A DNA stretch of 46,089 nucleotides from positions 1 through 46,089 of the IMG/VR virus record IMGVR_UViG_3300025398_000034; one strand, written 5' to 3'. The notes below the pieces were generated by a model, which worked only from the letters and a program-made list of their open reading frames with translations, was not told the DNA's origin and made no database searches. Positions 25,526 to 34,885 of this stretch are shown here, one piece after another. This DNA comes from a virus. Its lineage: Duplodnaviria; Caudoviricetes. Position numbers and translations under genes: made by a program. The first letter of the stretch is position 1, and each line of letters begins with the position of its first letter.

Positions 25526-28159
25526 TTAAGCTTGTGACTCTTGCCAAGATAAACGGGCAAATGCAGTACCGTTTGAACCAATTTGGCTAACCGTTACATA
25601 CAAAATATCAGGACCATCAGGATAAGTTCCCGCTTGGCTTGTAGGCACAGTGTTTGACAATCCACCACCCAATATGCAATTACCAAAAGGTGCAACTGCA
25701 GTTAAGTCTAGAGTTGTTTGGCCTGCTGTATTGGTAAAGAATGCCGCAATGGACTCACCGCCAGTGATGGTGGTTGCTGTATTGGTATTCGTAGCCACTT
25801 GCACAATTGAACTTGTATTGGTGTTGTTTTGTGTTGGAGAAGCAAAAGAAGTGAATCCACTTGTTCCACCAATAACACCATTCAAGATGAACTGAACAAG
25901 ATAACTTGTAGTAGTCAACATAGCAATCTCACGCATTTGCAACTGCAAGCGATTGATAATCTCTTTGACCCCCAATGTACCCACAGTGCCGTTATCCACC
26001 GAAGGAGCCACGCGAATAGCCATAATTGGCACAGCCGTAGTGCTTGAAGTAGATACAGCCGAAGTCATACCGTAGTTAAAAATCAACGATATGTCATTGG
26101 TAAATCCACCGTCCATAACCACTGATGAACCCCAGTGAGATAGTTGAGCGGCAGTATCAGGAGATGCATACTCAACAGCAATTGGAGCAGTTGCAGAATA
26201 GGTAAATGCAGTAGCGGCGGCACCACCTGTTGCGCCCCTTGTAGCGCCTGTCAGAGATGTAGATGTCAATCCAGTATAAGAAATATACTCAATGACTCCA
26301 GAAGTACCATTACCAATAATACGAGCACTTCCACCTGCAGGGTTGAATCCTGATGTGCTACTCACATTAATCGTAGTGTCAGAAACGCCAATACTTGATG
26401 TAATGGTTGTCAATGGCAATATACTGTTTTGCTCATAGTGTGATGGCAAGTTTCCTGAACGCATATATGCTTGATATTGCACATTGTTGTTCTGGAATCC
26501 ATAAACATAAATGATTGCACCACTTGTTGCCCTAAATCCAAATCTAGCTACACCTGCACCGTACCAAGAATAGTCCATGTAGAACATTTGTATTTTGGTC
26601 AAGTCTAGGTTATATCCAGATGGATTAGATGCAGATCCAGAACCATCACACACATCCCACCATTGTGATTGTGGAATCTTAGTCTCAACAACCCTTGAAA
26701 CTAGAGCATTCGCAATGGTTGCACCACGATACTCAGGAGTTATATAAAGTTGTGTGTCGCTAGTGATAGTCAAAACTCTGTAAGTTTGGCCGCGAATGGT
26801 AATATAGTCACCAACCACCAATTGGGTTGTAAATTGAGTACTGCTACCAGTTACCAATGAACTGTTTTGTGTTGCAGTAACTGTTCCAGTAATTTGGTTA
26901 ACGCTATTACGCAATACGCAATATAGTGTTTGGCCATCAAATTGGAAGAAGATACCGTTTTGGCTATCAAAGAATCCAATCTTGTTGCTTGATCCATACC
27001 AAGAATATGGGCTAACGTGAGGGATAGAAGGTACAGTAGATGTGGCTGTAGCCGCTGTTGGAGTTGACAATGCGGTATAAGTAAATGTCAACGCTGTAGG
27101 TACACTGGTAATTCTAAAAATACCATTGTAGGCAGACTGATCAAATCCATTAACTTGCACATAAGTGTTAATAGTAAAATTATGAGGAGTCTTACTTGTA
27201 ACAGTTACTGTTGTTCCAGATGAAGTTAATGAAGTAAACGCAATCTGTGGTTTTAAAATAGTACCAGTAGAGAACTGAATACCTTTACCAGACTGGTATC
27301 GGAAATAACGTCTTGTCTGTCTGAACAGTTGCTGATTAGGAACGCCTGCACCCGCAGTAAAGTTTACAGAGCCATCATAAGCATGGCAATCCACCCAACC
27401 CACTGGACGGGCATAAAGATTAGATTGACCTGCCGTGTTAGCAATAGTCGTAGATGGTGTTCCATTCACGTTTGTAAACGTGAAGGTTGTTGCTGAAGGT
27501 GTTGTTGCTACAGTTTGTGCGCCATTGATCTGTGTTGCAGTCGATGGTCCTGTTGTTCCAGTGATGTAAATGGAAGAACCTGCTGACAAACCATGTGGGA
27601 ATGAAGTTGTACAAGTTACTGTAGAACCAGAAAATGTAAATGCAGTCGTGCCAGTCAAGGCAAAAGCGCAATTTGAAAACGTGTAGCCTTGATAGCAATA
27701 GGTAGTAGCCGCAGAATAGTTGTTGACAGTAGTAACTGGATTGGCAACTTGAACGGTAATAGATGTACCTGCGCTAACACCTGCGACTACATATGCCCAA
27801 CCTTGAGCATTAGGATCAATTGTGTCCTCAATAAAGAAAGGCGTACCAGTTGCAACAGTCACATTTGATGCAAACGTAATGACTAGCTGATATGTATTAG
27901 CTTGATTGCCTGTAATAGCAGACACTGGCAATGCCGCAGAGGGCAAATAATACAATGATTGACGATTGTTTTCTAGAGAAATTTGCTCCCACTTGGTAGG
28001 CTGTTGGCCATACTCAAAGTCGGTATCAATCAAGGATTGGGGCGTAGATACACGCATTTTGTCTACAGCATCATAGGCTCCAGACCTTTGTGCCTGCTGA
28101 AGACGTAATTGATTGTCAGTATTTGACGTTGGGCCAGTGTAAACTGATAATTCAGACAT
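25526..28159 (-). CDS. Large virion structural protein with inserted small beta domains, 877 aa
   Basis: RVSTPQSLIDTDFEYG, RQTRRYFRYQSGKG, DYSWYGAG core motifs; repeated TVT.T...H.....+.+.G....NG...+...P...TFT inserts. Confidence 0.65.
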   Translation of the reverse strand: MSELSVYTGPTSNTDNQLRLQQAQRSGAYDAVDKMRVSTPQSLIDTDFEYGQQPTKWEQISLENNRQSLYYLPSAALPVSAITGNQANTYQLVITFASNVTVATGTPFFIEDTIDPNAQGWAYVVAGVSAGTSITVQVANPVTTVNNYSAATTYCYQGYTFSNCAFALTGTTAFTFSGSTVTCTTSFPHGLSAGSSIYITGTTGPSTATQINGAQTVATTPSATTFTFTNVNGTPSTTIANTAGQSNLYARPVGWVDCHAYDGSVNFTAGAGVPNQQLFRQTRRYFRYQSGKGIQFSTGTILKPQIAFTSLTSSGTTVTVTSKTPHNFTINTYVQVNGFDQSAYNGIFRITSVPTALTFTYTALSTPTAATATSTVPSIPHVSPYSWYGSSNKIGFFDSQNGIFFQFDGQTLYCVLRNSVNQITGTVTATQNSSLVTGSSTQFTTQLVVGDYITIRGQTYRVLTITSDTQLYITPEYRGATIANALVSRVVETKIPQSQWWDVCDGSGSASNPSGYNLDLTKIQMFYMDYSWYGAGVARFGFRATSGAIIYVYGFQNNNVQYQAYMRSGNLPSHYEQNSILPLTTITSSIGVSDTTINVSSTSGFNPAGGSARIIGNGTSGVIEYISYTGLTSTSLTGATRGATGGAAATAFTYSATAPIAVEYASPDTAAQLSHWGSSVVMDGGFTNDISLIFNYGMTSAVSTSSTTAVPIMAIRVAPSVDNGTVGTLGVKEIINRLQLQMREIAMLTTTSYLVQFILNGVIGGTSGFTSFASPTQNNTNTSSIVQVATNTNTATTITGGESIAAFFTNTAGQTTLDLTAVAPFGNCILGGGLSNTVPTSQAGTYPDGPDILYVTVSQIGSNGTAFARLSWQESQA

Positions 28160-28179
28160 TATTCCACCTATAAATCATG

Positions 28180-28204
28180 AAGTGGGAGCCGTAGCCCCCA
28201 CTTT
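28180..28204 (-). terminator. Stable hairpin with C(UACG)G tetraloop; weak terminator or RNA stability element
   Basis: AAGTGGGGGC-TACG-GCTCCCACTT right after the 558-aa gene; poor U-tract. Confidence 0.6.
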
Positions 28205-28206
28205 TC

Positions 28207-29883
28207 TTACTTTTTGATACTGCCACCACGCTTTTTAGGTGGTACAACTGTAGTTGATTTTACAGTTTTAGTCACGCTACCTGATGGAGGCGCTCCAAAT
28301 CCCAAAGCATTCTTGACCATGTTGTATCCACTTGTTAGCGGCTTCAACATCATGTCACGCATTGCTATATTGTCGGCCTTGTCTTGTTTTGCAACAGAGT
28401 CATAGCCTCCATGAGATTCGTCAGTGGTAGAGCCACCACCATCAAACTTTTTTACGTGGCCACCCTTCTTGAACACACCCGACAACTCATTGATCCGAGT
28501 AGCTCTTGAAGGAGGTTTGTTAGCTTGGGGCATTACCACGGCAGAACCCTGTTTGTTAACAGAGCCCCCCGTGGCGAAGTGCTTTTTTGCGTGGCCACCT
28601 CGCTTGAATCCACCTGCATTAGCTTCTTTCACCTCACCAGTTTTGGTGTGTGATTTGCCCTTGGGTGTAGTATCAACATTGTAGTTGGTGAAGTGACCTT
28701 CATTGCCTTCAATGGTGCCCTCTAGATCAACCATGCCGCCTTTAGCATAGTGGTGCTTCTTAGCCTTGCCACCGTGCTTGAAACCGCCGTCATTGGCCAT
28801 ATCAACTTGGCCTGTACCGCGAGCTTTTCTATCAGGCATTGCAGTGTGCAAATCAGTGTTCTCGTAGTAGTGCTCATTACCCTCGATAGTTCCACCCATG
28901 ACTGACTTGCCACGTGTTTCGCTCTCGTTGGTCTCACTAGGAATACGTGAACCAATTGCACCGCCACTAGCGTACTTGCCGCCTGAACACATAGCTTTAT
29001 GGTGCTCCATCATCTTTTTGTGATGAGCAGAACCACCTTCTTTGTGCATTTTGGCATGGTGTTTAGCCATGTGCTTGTGGTGCTCAATAGAGCCTTCAGG
29101 ATGGCCAGATTTATGGTGAACCTTACCACCATGCTTAAAACCACCTGCATTGCCCTCTTTGATTTCACCAGTACCGTGTGCTGTATCACGACCTGCACCA
29201 ACAACCTTGGTTTTGACAAAAGGCTTTTGGTTGTTTTCAATGGTATTTTTTGTTTCAAAACTATCCATTTCCTTCCCGCCGTCAACCTTGCCACCCTTGG
29301 CATAATGATGTTTAGATCCACCAGTTTTGCATTTTTCCAAATGCTCCATGGCTTTATCTAGATGATGAGCACCGCCACCTTCTTTGTGTTTCTCAAGGCA
29401 AGCTCTGGCTTTAGCAAGATTCTTCATGCGCTCAGAAGCAGAACCACCTGCGGCCATACCTTTGTGGGCTAAGTGAGCAGGCATATGCTCGTGATGACGC
29501 AACTCTTTTTCAATCTTCTCAAAGCGTTTGTCTTCAGCTTCTTGCTCTTTACGAGTTTCGATCTCACCGCCGACAGCCTTGTGAGCCTTGCCACCTTTTT
29601 TCATCAAAGGAGTAGCCATTGCCTTGCGGCGCATAGCCATGCTAGGACGCATAGGAGCCGCACCTGCCATTGCAGGAGCCATGCCCATAGGACGTGCCAT
29701 AGGCATTCCGCTCATTCCACCCATAGCGTGGTGTTCCATTGACTTGTGGCCGTGCTCTTCCTTGCTTTCATGCTTTTTGGAAACATGACCGCCTTTTTTG
29801 AGCTTCAGAATAACTGAAGGCTCGTCAGTCATCATTTTGGGCATTTGGACGAATCCAGTTGCACCCTTCATTGCTTTTGCCAT
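28207..29883 (-). CDS. His/Lys/Met/Gly-rich low-complexity repeat protein, 558 aa (probable internal head protein)
   Basis: AGGAG RBS; about 18 xxxGG motifs; three roughly 60-aa internal repeats. Confidence 0.75.
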   Translation of the reverse strand: MAKAMKGATGFVQMPKMMTDEPSVILKLKKGGHVSKKHESKEEHGHKSMEHHAMGGMSGMPMARPMGMAPAMAGAAPMRPSMAMRRKAMATPLMKKGGKAHKAVGGEIETRKEQEAEDKRFEKIEKELRHHEHMPAHLAHKGMAAGGSASERMKNLAKARACLEKHKEGGGAHHLDKAMEHLEKCKTGGSKHHYAKGGKVDGGKEMDSFETKNTIENNQKPFVKTKVVGAGRDTAHGTGEIKEGNAGGFKHGGKVHHKSGHPEGSIEHHKHMAKHHAKMHKEGGSAHHKKMMEHHKAMCSGGKYASGGAIGSRIPSETNESETRGKSVMGGTIEGNEHYYENTDLHTAMPDRKARGTGQVDMANDGGFKHGGKAKKHHYAKGGMVDLEGTIEGNEGHFTNYNVDTTPKGKSHTKTGEVKEANAGGFKRGGHAKKHFATGGSVNKQGSAVVMPQANKPPSRATRINELSGVFKKGGHVKKFDGGGSTTDESHGGYDSVAKQDKADNIAMRDMMLKPLTSGYNMVKNALGFGAPPSGSVTKTVKSTTVVPPKKRGGSIKK

Positions 29884-29896
29884 GAATTATTCTCCT

Positions 29897-30949
29897 TTAA
29901 GCTTGGGTGATGCCAAGCAAACCAGTTGCTGTAGCGTTAGGGCCAACCTGAATTGCAGTCAAACCTAACTCAAGTACCAAACGGGCTAGACCGTTCAGAG
30001 TGCCGCCGGGTGCATAAGTGCCGCGCACATCAGGTGTTACTGAGGTAGAAGTAAACTGGGGAACCAAGCTCATACCAGAGGTAATTGTTGTGCCGCTAGT
30101 AGCAACATAAGTACCTGCCAAGTAGTTGGCTTGAGTTGTAGACAATTTACCAGTTGTACCGTTAATCTTTGTCCACCAGTAAGTAGTGTTCAATGAAACT
30201 CCGGTCAAAGTACCCAAAGCACCAGTCAACTGAATCAAAGTACCACTCTCAGGAGCATAGGCCACGGTGATAACGCCGGGCGTAGCTGATGTGAAGTTAG
30301 TAATTGATTGAGTATTGTAGTTAGTGGTGTTGCTGTAATAGCCACTCAAGTAAGTACCTGAATCAAATGCAAGTGATCCAGTAAACTTGTTAGAAAGGAT
30401 ATAACTAGCATCGCTCATACGAGCAGGCAAACCGAGGATATTTGTTGTATCAACAGACACTGCAACAGTGGTTGCGGCTGAATAAGCAACTGAATAAACT
30501 TGGAAGAAAGCCTTGCGACCACTGGTAGTTGTTGATGCAACAGTACCAGACTGAATGATTTCAGTCATTGATTGGCCGTAATAGTCATAACCAGTGATAG
30601 TTATAACTGAATTGGTGGGTGATCCTGATGCTGTGGTTACAGATACTGCACGTGGATAGTCAAACTGAATAACAGAAGTACCATCTGAACGAATAACAGT
30701 AGTTGTTCCTGCAGTAGCAGAAGCAGTGGCAAGTGCAGTACCACTATAAGTGGTTGCAGTTGTAGGTGTCTTGGCGGCCAATACAGCGGCAGTAGTGGCA
30801 ACAGCAGGAGTTGTATCATATAGATACACACGTCCCATTGGGCCAAAGCCAACTGACATTGGGGAAGGATTCTGAAAGGCGCTGTTGGCGTTTGTGCCAA
30901 CGTACGCAGGTGCATTGCCTAGAAATAGGTCATCTGAAAATTGGGGCAT
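29897..30949 (-). CDS. Virion structural protein, 350 aa
   Basis: Thr/Ala/Ser-rich; DYPRAVSV, ITGYDYYGQ.M.E, DVRGTY.P; first gene after the major capsid gene. Confidence 0.65.
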   Translation of the reverse strand: MPQFSDDLFLGNAPAYVGTNANSAFQNPSPMSVGFGPMGRVYLYDTTPAVATTAAVLAAKTPTTATTYSGTALATASATAGTTTVIRSDGTSVIQFDYPRAVSVTTASGSPTNSVITITGYDYYGQSMTEIIQSGTVASTTTSGRKAFFQVYSVAYSAATTVAVSVDTTNILGLPARMSDASYILSNKFTGSLAFDSGTYLSGYYSNTTNYNTQSITNFTSATPGVITVAYAPESGTLIQLTGALGTLTGVSLNTTYWWTKINGTTGKLSTTQANYLAGTYVATSGTTITSGMSLVPQFTSTSVTPDVRGTYAPGGTLNGLARLVLELGLTAIQVGPNATATGLLGITQA

Positions 30950-30979
30950 GATCTTTACTCCATGAAAAGTTGATCAATT

Positions 30980-31010
30980 AAAAAAAAGGGGAGAGGTTTT
31001 GCCCCTCCCC
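30980..31010 (-). terminator. Rho-independent terminator after the major capsid gene
   Basis: GGGGAGGGG-CAAAA-CCTCTCCCC-TTTTTTTT. Confidence 0.9.
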
Positions 31011-31019
31011 ACTTTGGCA

Positions 31020-31934
31020 TTAAACGCCTGCTGTACCAAACAACGCGCGTGGATCAGTCCAGTTAGGAATGTAACGCTCAGTTGCTTTATAACGCATTGA
31101 ATCAGTCTCGAAATCACCTTCCATGGTTTTCTCCAAACGTCTACGCATCATGAGCTTCATGCCCTCTGGCGCATCAGTCTGAACCCACCATGCAGTGGCA
31201 GAAGTCAAGCGTGACAATACGGCGGCACCCTCGTCTAGCAACCCGATTGACTTGATAGGATTCAAGTCATTGTTTGCTGTACCAGTACGGAGAACTGATT
31301 TCAACAAAACTTCAGCTTGGAAGATGTTACCGGGGGCAACAACCAACTGACGGGGAACCAAACGGATTTTCTTACCATTGTTGTCCACAGATTGACGGAT
31401 TTGAATCAACATCTGTTCAAGAGATGTTTGGCTCAAAACTGCGGCTGAAGACAATTGGTTAGAGAATGTACCGTTCACGATTGGGTGAGCAGTGTTAATC
31501 AACGACACGCCATCACCACCAAGATAGGAACTATTGAAGGCTCTGTTCAAAATGTTTGCACAGAGAGTTTCTTTAGTTTCAATCAATGATTGTGCTAGGT
31601 GACGAGCATACACTTGACCGATACGGATGTGATCGCCATCTTCCACCAACACTTTTGTCAAGGCAAAGGCTAAACCAAAGACTTGATAAATATAGCGTTG
31701 TAGGAAGAGAACTCCACCCTGTTGGTAGCTGACAGGTGTACCGTCAGGCAACTGGGGAGCGGCTCCAAATCCATATAGGACAGGCTCTTCATGGTAGTTA
31801 CGTGGAATACCGTCTTCTTCACGGAAAACACGTGACCACTCGTCTTCACGTAGGTCATAGACTCCATCAAAGCATTCGTTGAGAATTGGTTCAACAATAC
31901 TTCTAAAGTCCGTACTTCGCATTGGTGCGGCCAT
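31020..31934 (-). CDS. Major capsid protein (HK97 fold, Mu gpT-like family), 304 aa
   Basis: EEPVLYGFG.A....DG..V.Y, ANILNRAF, GGDGVSL....HP, PRQLVV.P, EGDFETDSMRYKATERY...WTDPR; GGAG RBS and own terminator. Confidence 0.85.
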   Translation of the reverse strand: MAAPMRSTDFRSIVEPILNECFDGVYDLREDEWSRVFREEDGIPRNYHEEPVLYGFGAAPQLPDGTPVSYQQGGVLFLQRYIYQVFGLAFALTKVLVEDGDHIRIGQVYARHLAQSLIETKETLCANILNRAFNSSYLGGDGVSLINTAHPIVNGTFSNQLSSAAVLSQTSLEQMLIQIRQSVDNNGKKIRLVPRQLVVAPGNIFQAEVLLKSVLRTGTANNDLNPIKSIGLLDEGAAVLSRLTSATAWWVQTDAPEGMKLMMRRRLEKTMEGDFETDSMRYKATERYIPNWTDPRALFGTAGV

Positions 31935-31944
31935 AATTTACTCC

Positions 31945-32586
31945 TTATACGACAGCAGTAGTTGCCGCAACAAATTGAACATATGGTAATTGCACACGGA
32001 CAACCGTGTATGCATCACCCCAAGCGTTGTCCACCAAAGGTGCAAGATCAACAACGCGCATTTGGCCTTGAGCGGCATTGGACTGAGCAGATGCTGAAGC
32101 CAATGTACACTGAGACAAACCAGTAGTTGTTGAACCACCAGTAATTGCGCTGAAGTTATACTCGCCACCAATAGAGGTTTGAGCTAGAGAACCATCGGCT
32201 TGGATTTCATAAACGATGTTTTGGTCGTTATAGAAATAAGCAATACAAGATCCAGTGATGAATGTTGTGTTTGCAGGCCAATAGTTGGACACACGGCGGC
32301 GACCAGTAGAATCAGTCCACTCAACGCCTGCGAACGCACCTGCGACTTGGTAGCCAGAGGATGCGGCGCTATTGCCGGGTGTAGCTGAAGGTACGATTGT
32401 GCCGTTAGAGATTCCAGACAAACCAGTAGCAGTCAAAACTGCGGCGGTCACATAAGAAACAGGTTGGCCTTTCAGAATACTGACGGACAAACCAGATTGA
32501 ATCCCATTAGCTAACGCTTGAGCACGATCCAGACCAGAAGGGTGAAACGCAGGGCGTAAGCCAAAGGGAGCATTCGATGCTGACAT
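31945..32586 (-). CDS. Capsid decoration/cement-like protein, 213 aa
   Basis: NAPFGLRP, GAFAGVEWTD, DQNIVYEIQADG, GSTTTGLS; immediately upstream of the capsid gene; AAGGAG RBS. Confidence 0.6.
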   Translation of the reverse strand: MSASNAPFGLRPAFHPSGLDRAQALANGIQSGLSVSILKGQPVSYVTAAVLTATGLSGISNGTIVPSATPGNSAASSGYQVAGAFAGVEWTDSTGRRRVSNYWPANTTFITGSCIAYFYNDQNIVYEIQADGSLAQTSIGGEYNFSAITGGSTTTGLSQCTLASASAQSNAAQGQMRVVDLAPLVDNAWGDAYTVVRVQLPYVQFVAATTAVV

Positions 32587-32612
32587 AAACTACTCCTTTT
32601 GTTAAATAAACC

Positions 32613-33158
32613 TTACCCGTAAAAGACGGGATTAGGCACATTATTTTTGCTTAACTGTCTCAACCCATCACCTTCGATGTCAGCCAACCCACGTCCAGAA
32701 CTATCTTGAGTTCCTTGGAGTTGCTCAACTTGGACTCTGATCTTGTCAGCTTCTTCATTGGGCAAGTCGTGGTGCATATGCAACATAACCTCTTGGTACA
32801 TATCCATAGGGATCTTAAACAAGAGCATTTCATTACAAGCTACATAACCAACGTGTTCTCCGGCCTTGACTTTGTAACCCTCGAATCCAGATACTTCTTC
32901 CGATTTAACCGGAACATATCCTAATCGCATACGCTTATCAATGCTGTCGTAACTGTTAGTAGATGACAACCAACATACGTGCCATCCGGGAATGGATGGG
33001 GCTTTGGGTAAAGCACTTTGCGTCCACTCTTCGCTCCACATTTTTTTACGTTCATGCGAACTAGTGAACTTTTCTTCTGGTGCCAGTCGGGAGTGATCTT
33101 CAGTTGACCGATTCTCTCTACCGCCTGCATTCAAAGATTTTTTTAGACGTGATTCCAT
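32613..33158 (-). CDS. Hypothetical head-module protein, 181 aa
   Basis: LP.AP..PGWHVCWLS, RMRLGY.PV, MLLFKIP; lies between scaffold and decoration genes. Confidence 0.7.
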   Translation of the reverse strand: MESRLKKSLNAGGRENRSTEDHSRLAPEEKFTSSHERKKMWSEEWTQSALPKAPSIPGWHVCWLSSTNSYDSIDKRMRLGYVPVKSEEVSGFEGYKVKAGEHVGYVACNEMLLFKIPMDMYQEVMLHMHHDLPNEEADKIRVQVEQLQGTQDSSGRGLADIEGDGLRQLSKNNVPNPVFYG

Positions 33159-33170
33159 TTGCTAGATCCT

Positions 33171-34115
33171 TTATTGTTTGTTGCGTGATTCTTTGATATA
33201 TCGCTGTATCATCTTGGCCTTTTTAACAGGGTCATCCCACATTCCTGCGTCCTTCATAGCCCTTACCTGTTCTGGTTCAAGTATGAATTGCGCCCTGTTA
33301 GTAGAACCGTTGACGGTTTCGCGTCCAGTTCCTCCCACAACACTCCTAGGTCTCCTTGCAGATGGATTTGCGTCCATAGTGTCATTGTACCTATGGTTAA
33401 CGCGCTTTGACAAGCGTTTGTCCAATTCCGACCAATAATCTGGATCAGCAGGATTCCAACCTTCTTTAACTAGGTCTTCATCAATAACTTTTGCTATACG
33501 GCTGTCAGTATCGTGGCCATTTGGGTCGTACCATTCGTTCCTTTCCATCCAGTTAGCGGCATTGCGCTGTACTCGTGGATCGGGCAAACTATTGTTTTGC
33601 TGAGGCTTGATAGCGGCTTCTTTGTAACCTTTTAGGTCACGGATCGCCATCATCGCTTCGTCCCTTAACTCTTGAGCCTTATTGAAAGCCTCGCCGTCTT
33701 GGGAAGACATAGCCTCTGACATCTTCATCTTGGCATACTGCAGGCGCAACTCTTGGTCTTCTACGGCCTTGTCAATACGGGCAAGATCAGCACTGTGAGT
33801 CTTACGCTCAACAACAGCCAGACGCTCCATTAACTGTTCGTTTTGCTTTCGGAGCAGATTAAGTTGGGCTTCCTTCTCAGAAGTTGTAGCCTTGGCTATT
33901 TCCTTCTTGTATTTGCGTTTGTTGCGTCTAGCCTCACGGATGGCTTGTGTGTCATCAGGATGGTCATCTCCACCATCTTCTGGGACATTAGATATGTCTT
34001 TTGGACTATCTTCGGCATCATCCTCGGGGATCATACCCTCGGGTACATCAATCACGGCAGACCCATCGGTCTCTTCCTTGACTGTGAATTCTGGTTCTTT
34101 AGTTTCAGTTGTCAT
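33171..34115 (-). CDS. Putative capsid scaffolding protein, 314 aa
   Basis: Acidic disordered N-terminus, long coiled coil, W..RN.WY, C-terminal L..EQ..AM...G helix pair. Confidence 0.6.
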   Translation of the reverse strand: MTTETKEPEFTVKEETDGSAVIDVPEGMIPEDDAEDSPKDISNVPEDGGDDHPDDTQAIREARRNKRKYKKEIAKATTSEKEAQLNLLRKQNEQLMERLAVVERKTHSADLARIDKAVEDQELRLQYAKMKMSEAMSSQDGEAFNKAQELRDEAMMAIRDLKGYKEAAIKPQQNNSLPDPRVQRNAANWMERNEWYDPNGHDTDSRIAKVIDEDLVKEGWNPADPDYWSELDKRLSKRVNHRYNDTMDANPSARRPRSVVGGTGRETVNGSTNRAQFILEPEQVRAMKDAGMWDDPVKKAKMIQRYIKESRNKQ

Positions 34116-34546
34116 ATATAGGCTCTCATGGCTAAGGGATCACCGATTACTTTGGCAATTACTTCATGGTCGTTGAGGATCATAAAAAGAGCTTTGTCTT
34201 CATGAATGTCCTCACCGGGAACTGCTACTTCCCATCGATCACCGCCCCATTTGGGGACTCGGATGTAGTCACCTACTGCACACCATGAGCCTTCTGGCCA
34301 TGGATTCATAGTGTCTCGGTTTTTAAACGCCAATGGCCCGATCATCAGGACTTTGGCTACCATGTTTTGCCACTTCTCAGTCTCTTTTGTTTCTTCCAAA
34401 AGAATAATCCCTGAACCTGTAGTTTTCTTCTTAGTACGCTTTAACTGAACTAAAATTCTTCCACCTAATGGCTCTGCTCCGGGATTTACAACTGGAAATG
34501 CCCAATTTATCTCAGCTTCGTTAAAAGCTACCGTGCTATCGCTCAT
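34112..34546 (-). CDS. groES: GroES-like co-chaperonin, 144 aa from ATG 34546
   Basis: EPLGGRILV, mobile-loop-like KTTGSGIIL, AKVLMIGP, VGDYI, ILNDHEVIAKV. Confidence 0.85.
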   Translation of the reverse strand: MSDSTVAFNEAEINWAFPVVNPGAEPLGGRILVQLKRTKKKTTGSGIILLEETKETEKWQNMVAKVLMIGPLAFKNRDTMNPWPEGSWCAVGDYIRVPKWGGDRWEVAVPGEDIHEDKALFMILNDHEVIAKVIGDPLAMRAYI

Positions 34547-34730
34547 TTTCTCTATCCTGTTCTTGTTGTAACAAATTGTTAATAGTATCCAAGACCTCTT
34601 GGAGACCAAGATAAACACCAACTGTCCTTTGGTACGATTCCCATGACGAAGCGTTTCCACACCCCAAGGAGAAAGCTATTTCAGCTTGTCGCGCCTTAAT
34701 GACAGTGATGATCTGTGAAGTTGAAATCAT
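34536..34730 (-). CDS. Hypothetical helical protein, 64 aa
   Basis: L..GNASSWESYQR.VG...GL pattern; ATGA overlap with the upstream 52-aa ORF. Confidence 0.75.
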   Translation of the reverse strand: MISTSQIITVIKARQAEIAFSLGCGNASSWESYQRTVGVYLGLQEVLDTINNLLQQEQDRENER

Positions 34731-34885
34731 TTATTTTTCTTAGCTTGTGCGAGTCCTCCTTGTGGTTTAGATGGGGTTTTTGATCCACCTTTGGGTTGAT
34801 AAGATGTGCCGTCAAGCTTTTCGCCTTGGGCAATACGTTTGTGCTGTGGAACGTCCACAGACTTTTGCTCGTTATCACTAGACAT
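34727..34885 (-). CDS. Unannotated 52-aa basic protein: MSSDNEQKSVDVPQHKRIAQGEKLDGTSYQPKGGSKTPSKPQGGLAQAKKNK
   Basis: GGAGG RBS; start overlaps the portal end; stop overlaps the next ATG. Confidence 0.75.
   Translation of the reverse strand: MSSDNEQKSVDVPQHKRIAQGEKLDGTSYQPKGGSKTPSKPQGGLAQAKKNK

Noticed and set aside
34696-34878. 60-aa ORF from the track
   Set aside because: The other frame (34727..34885) has a GGAGG RBS and clean overlaps on both sides
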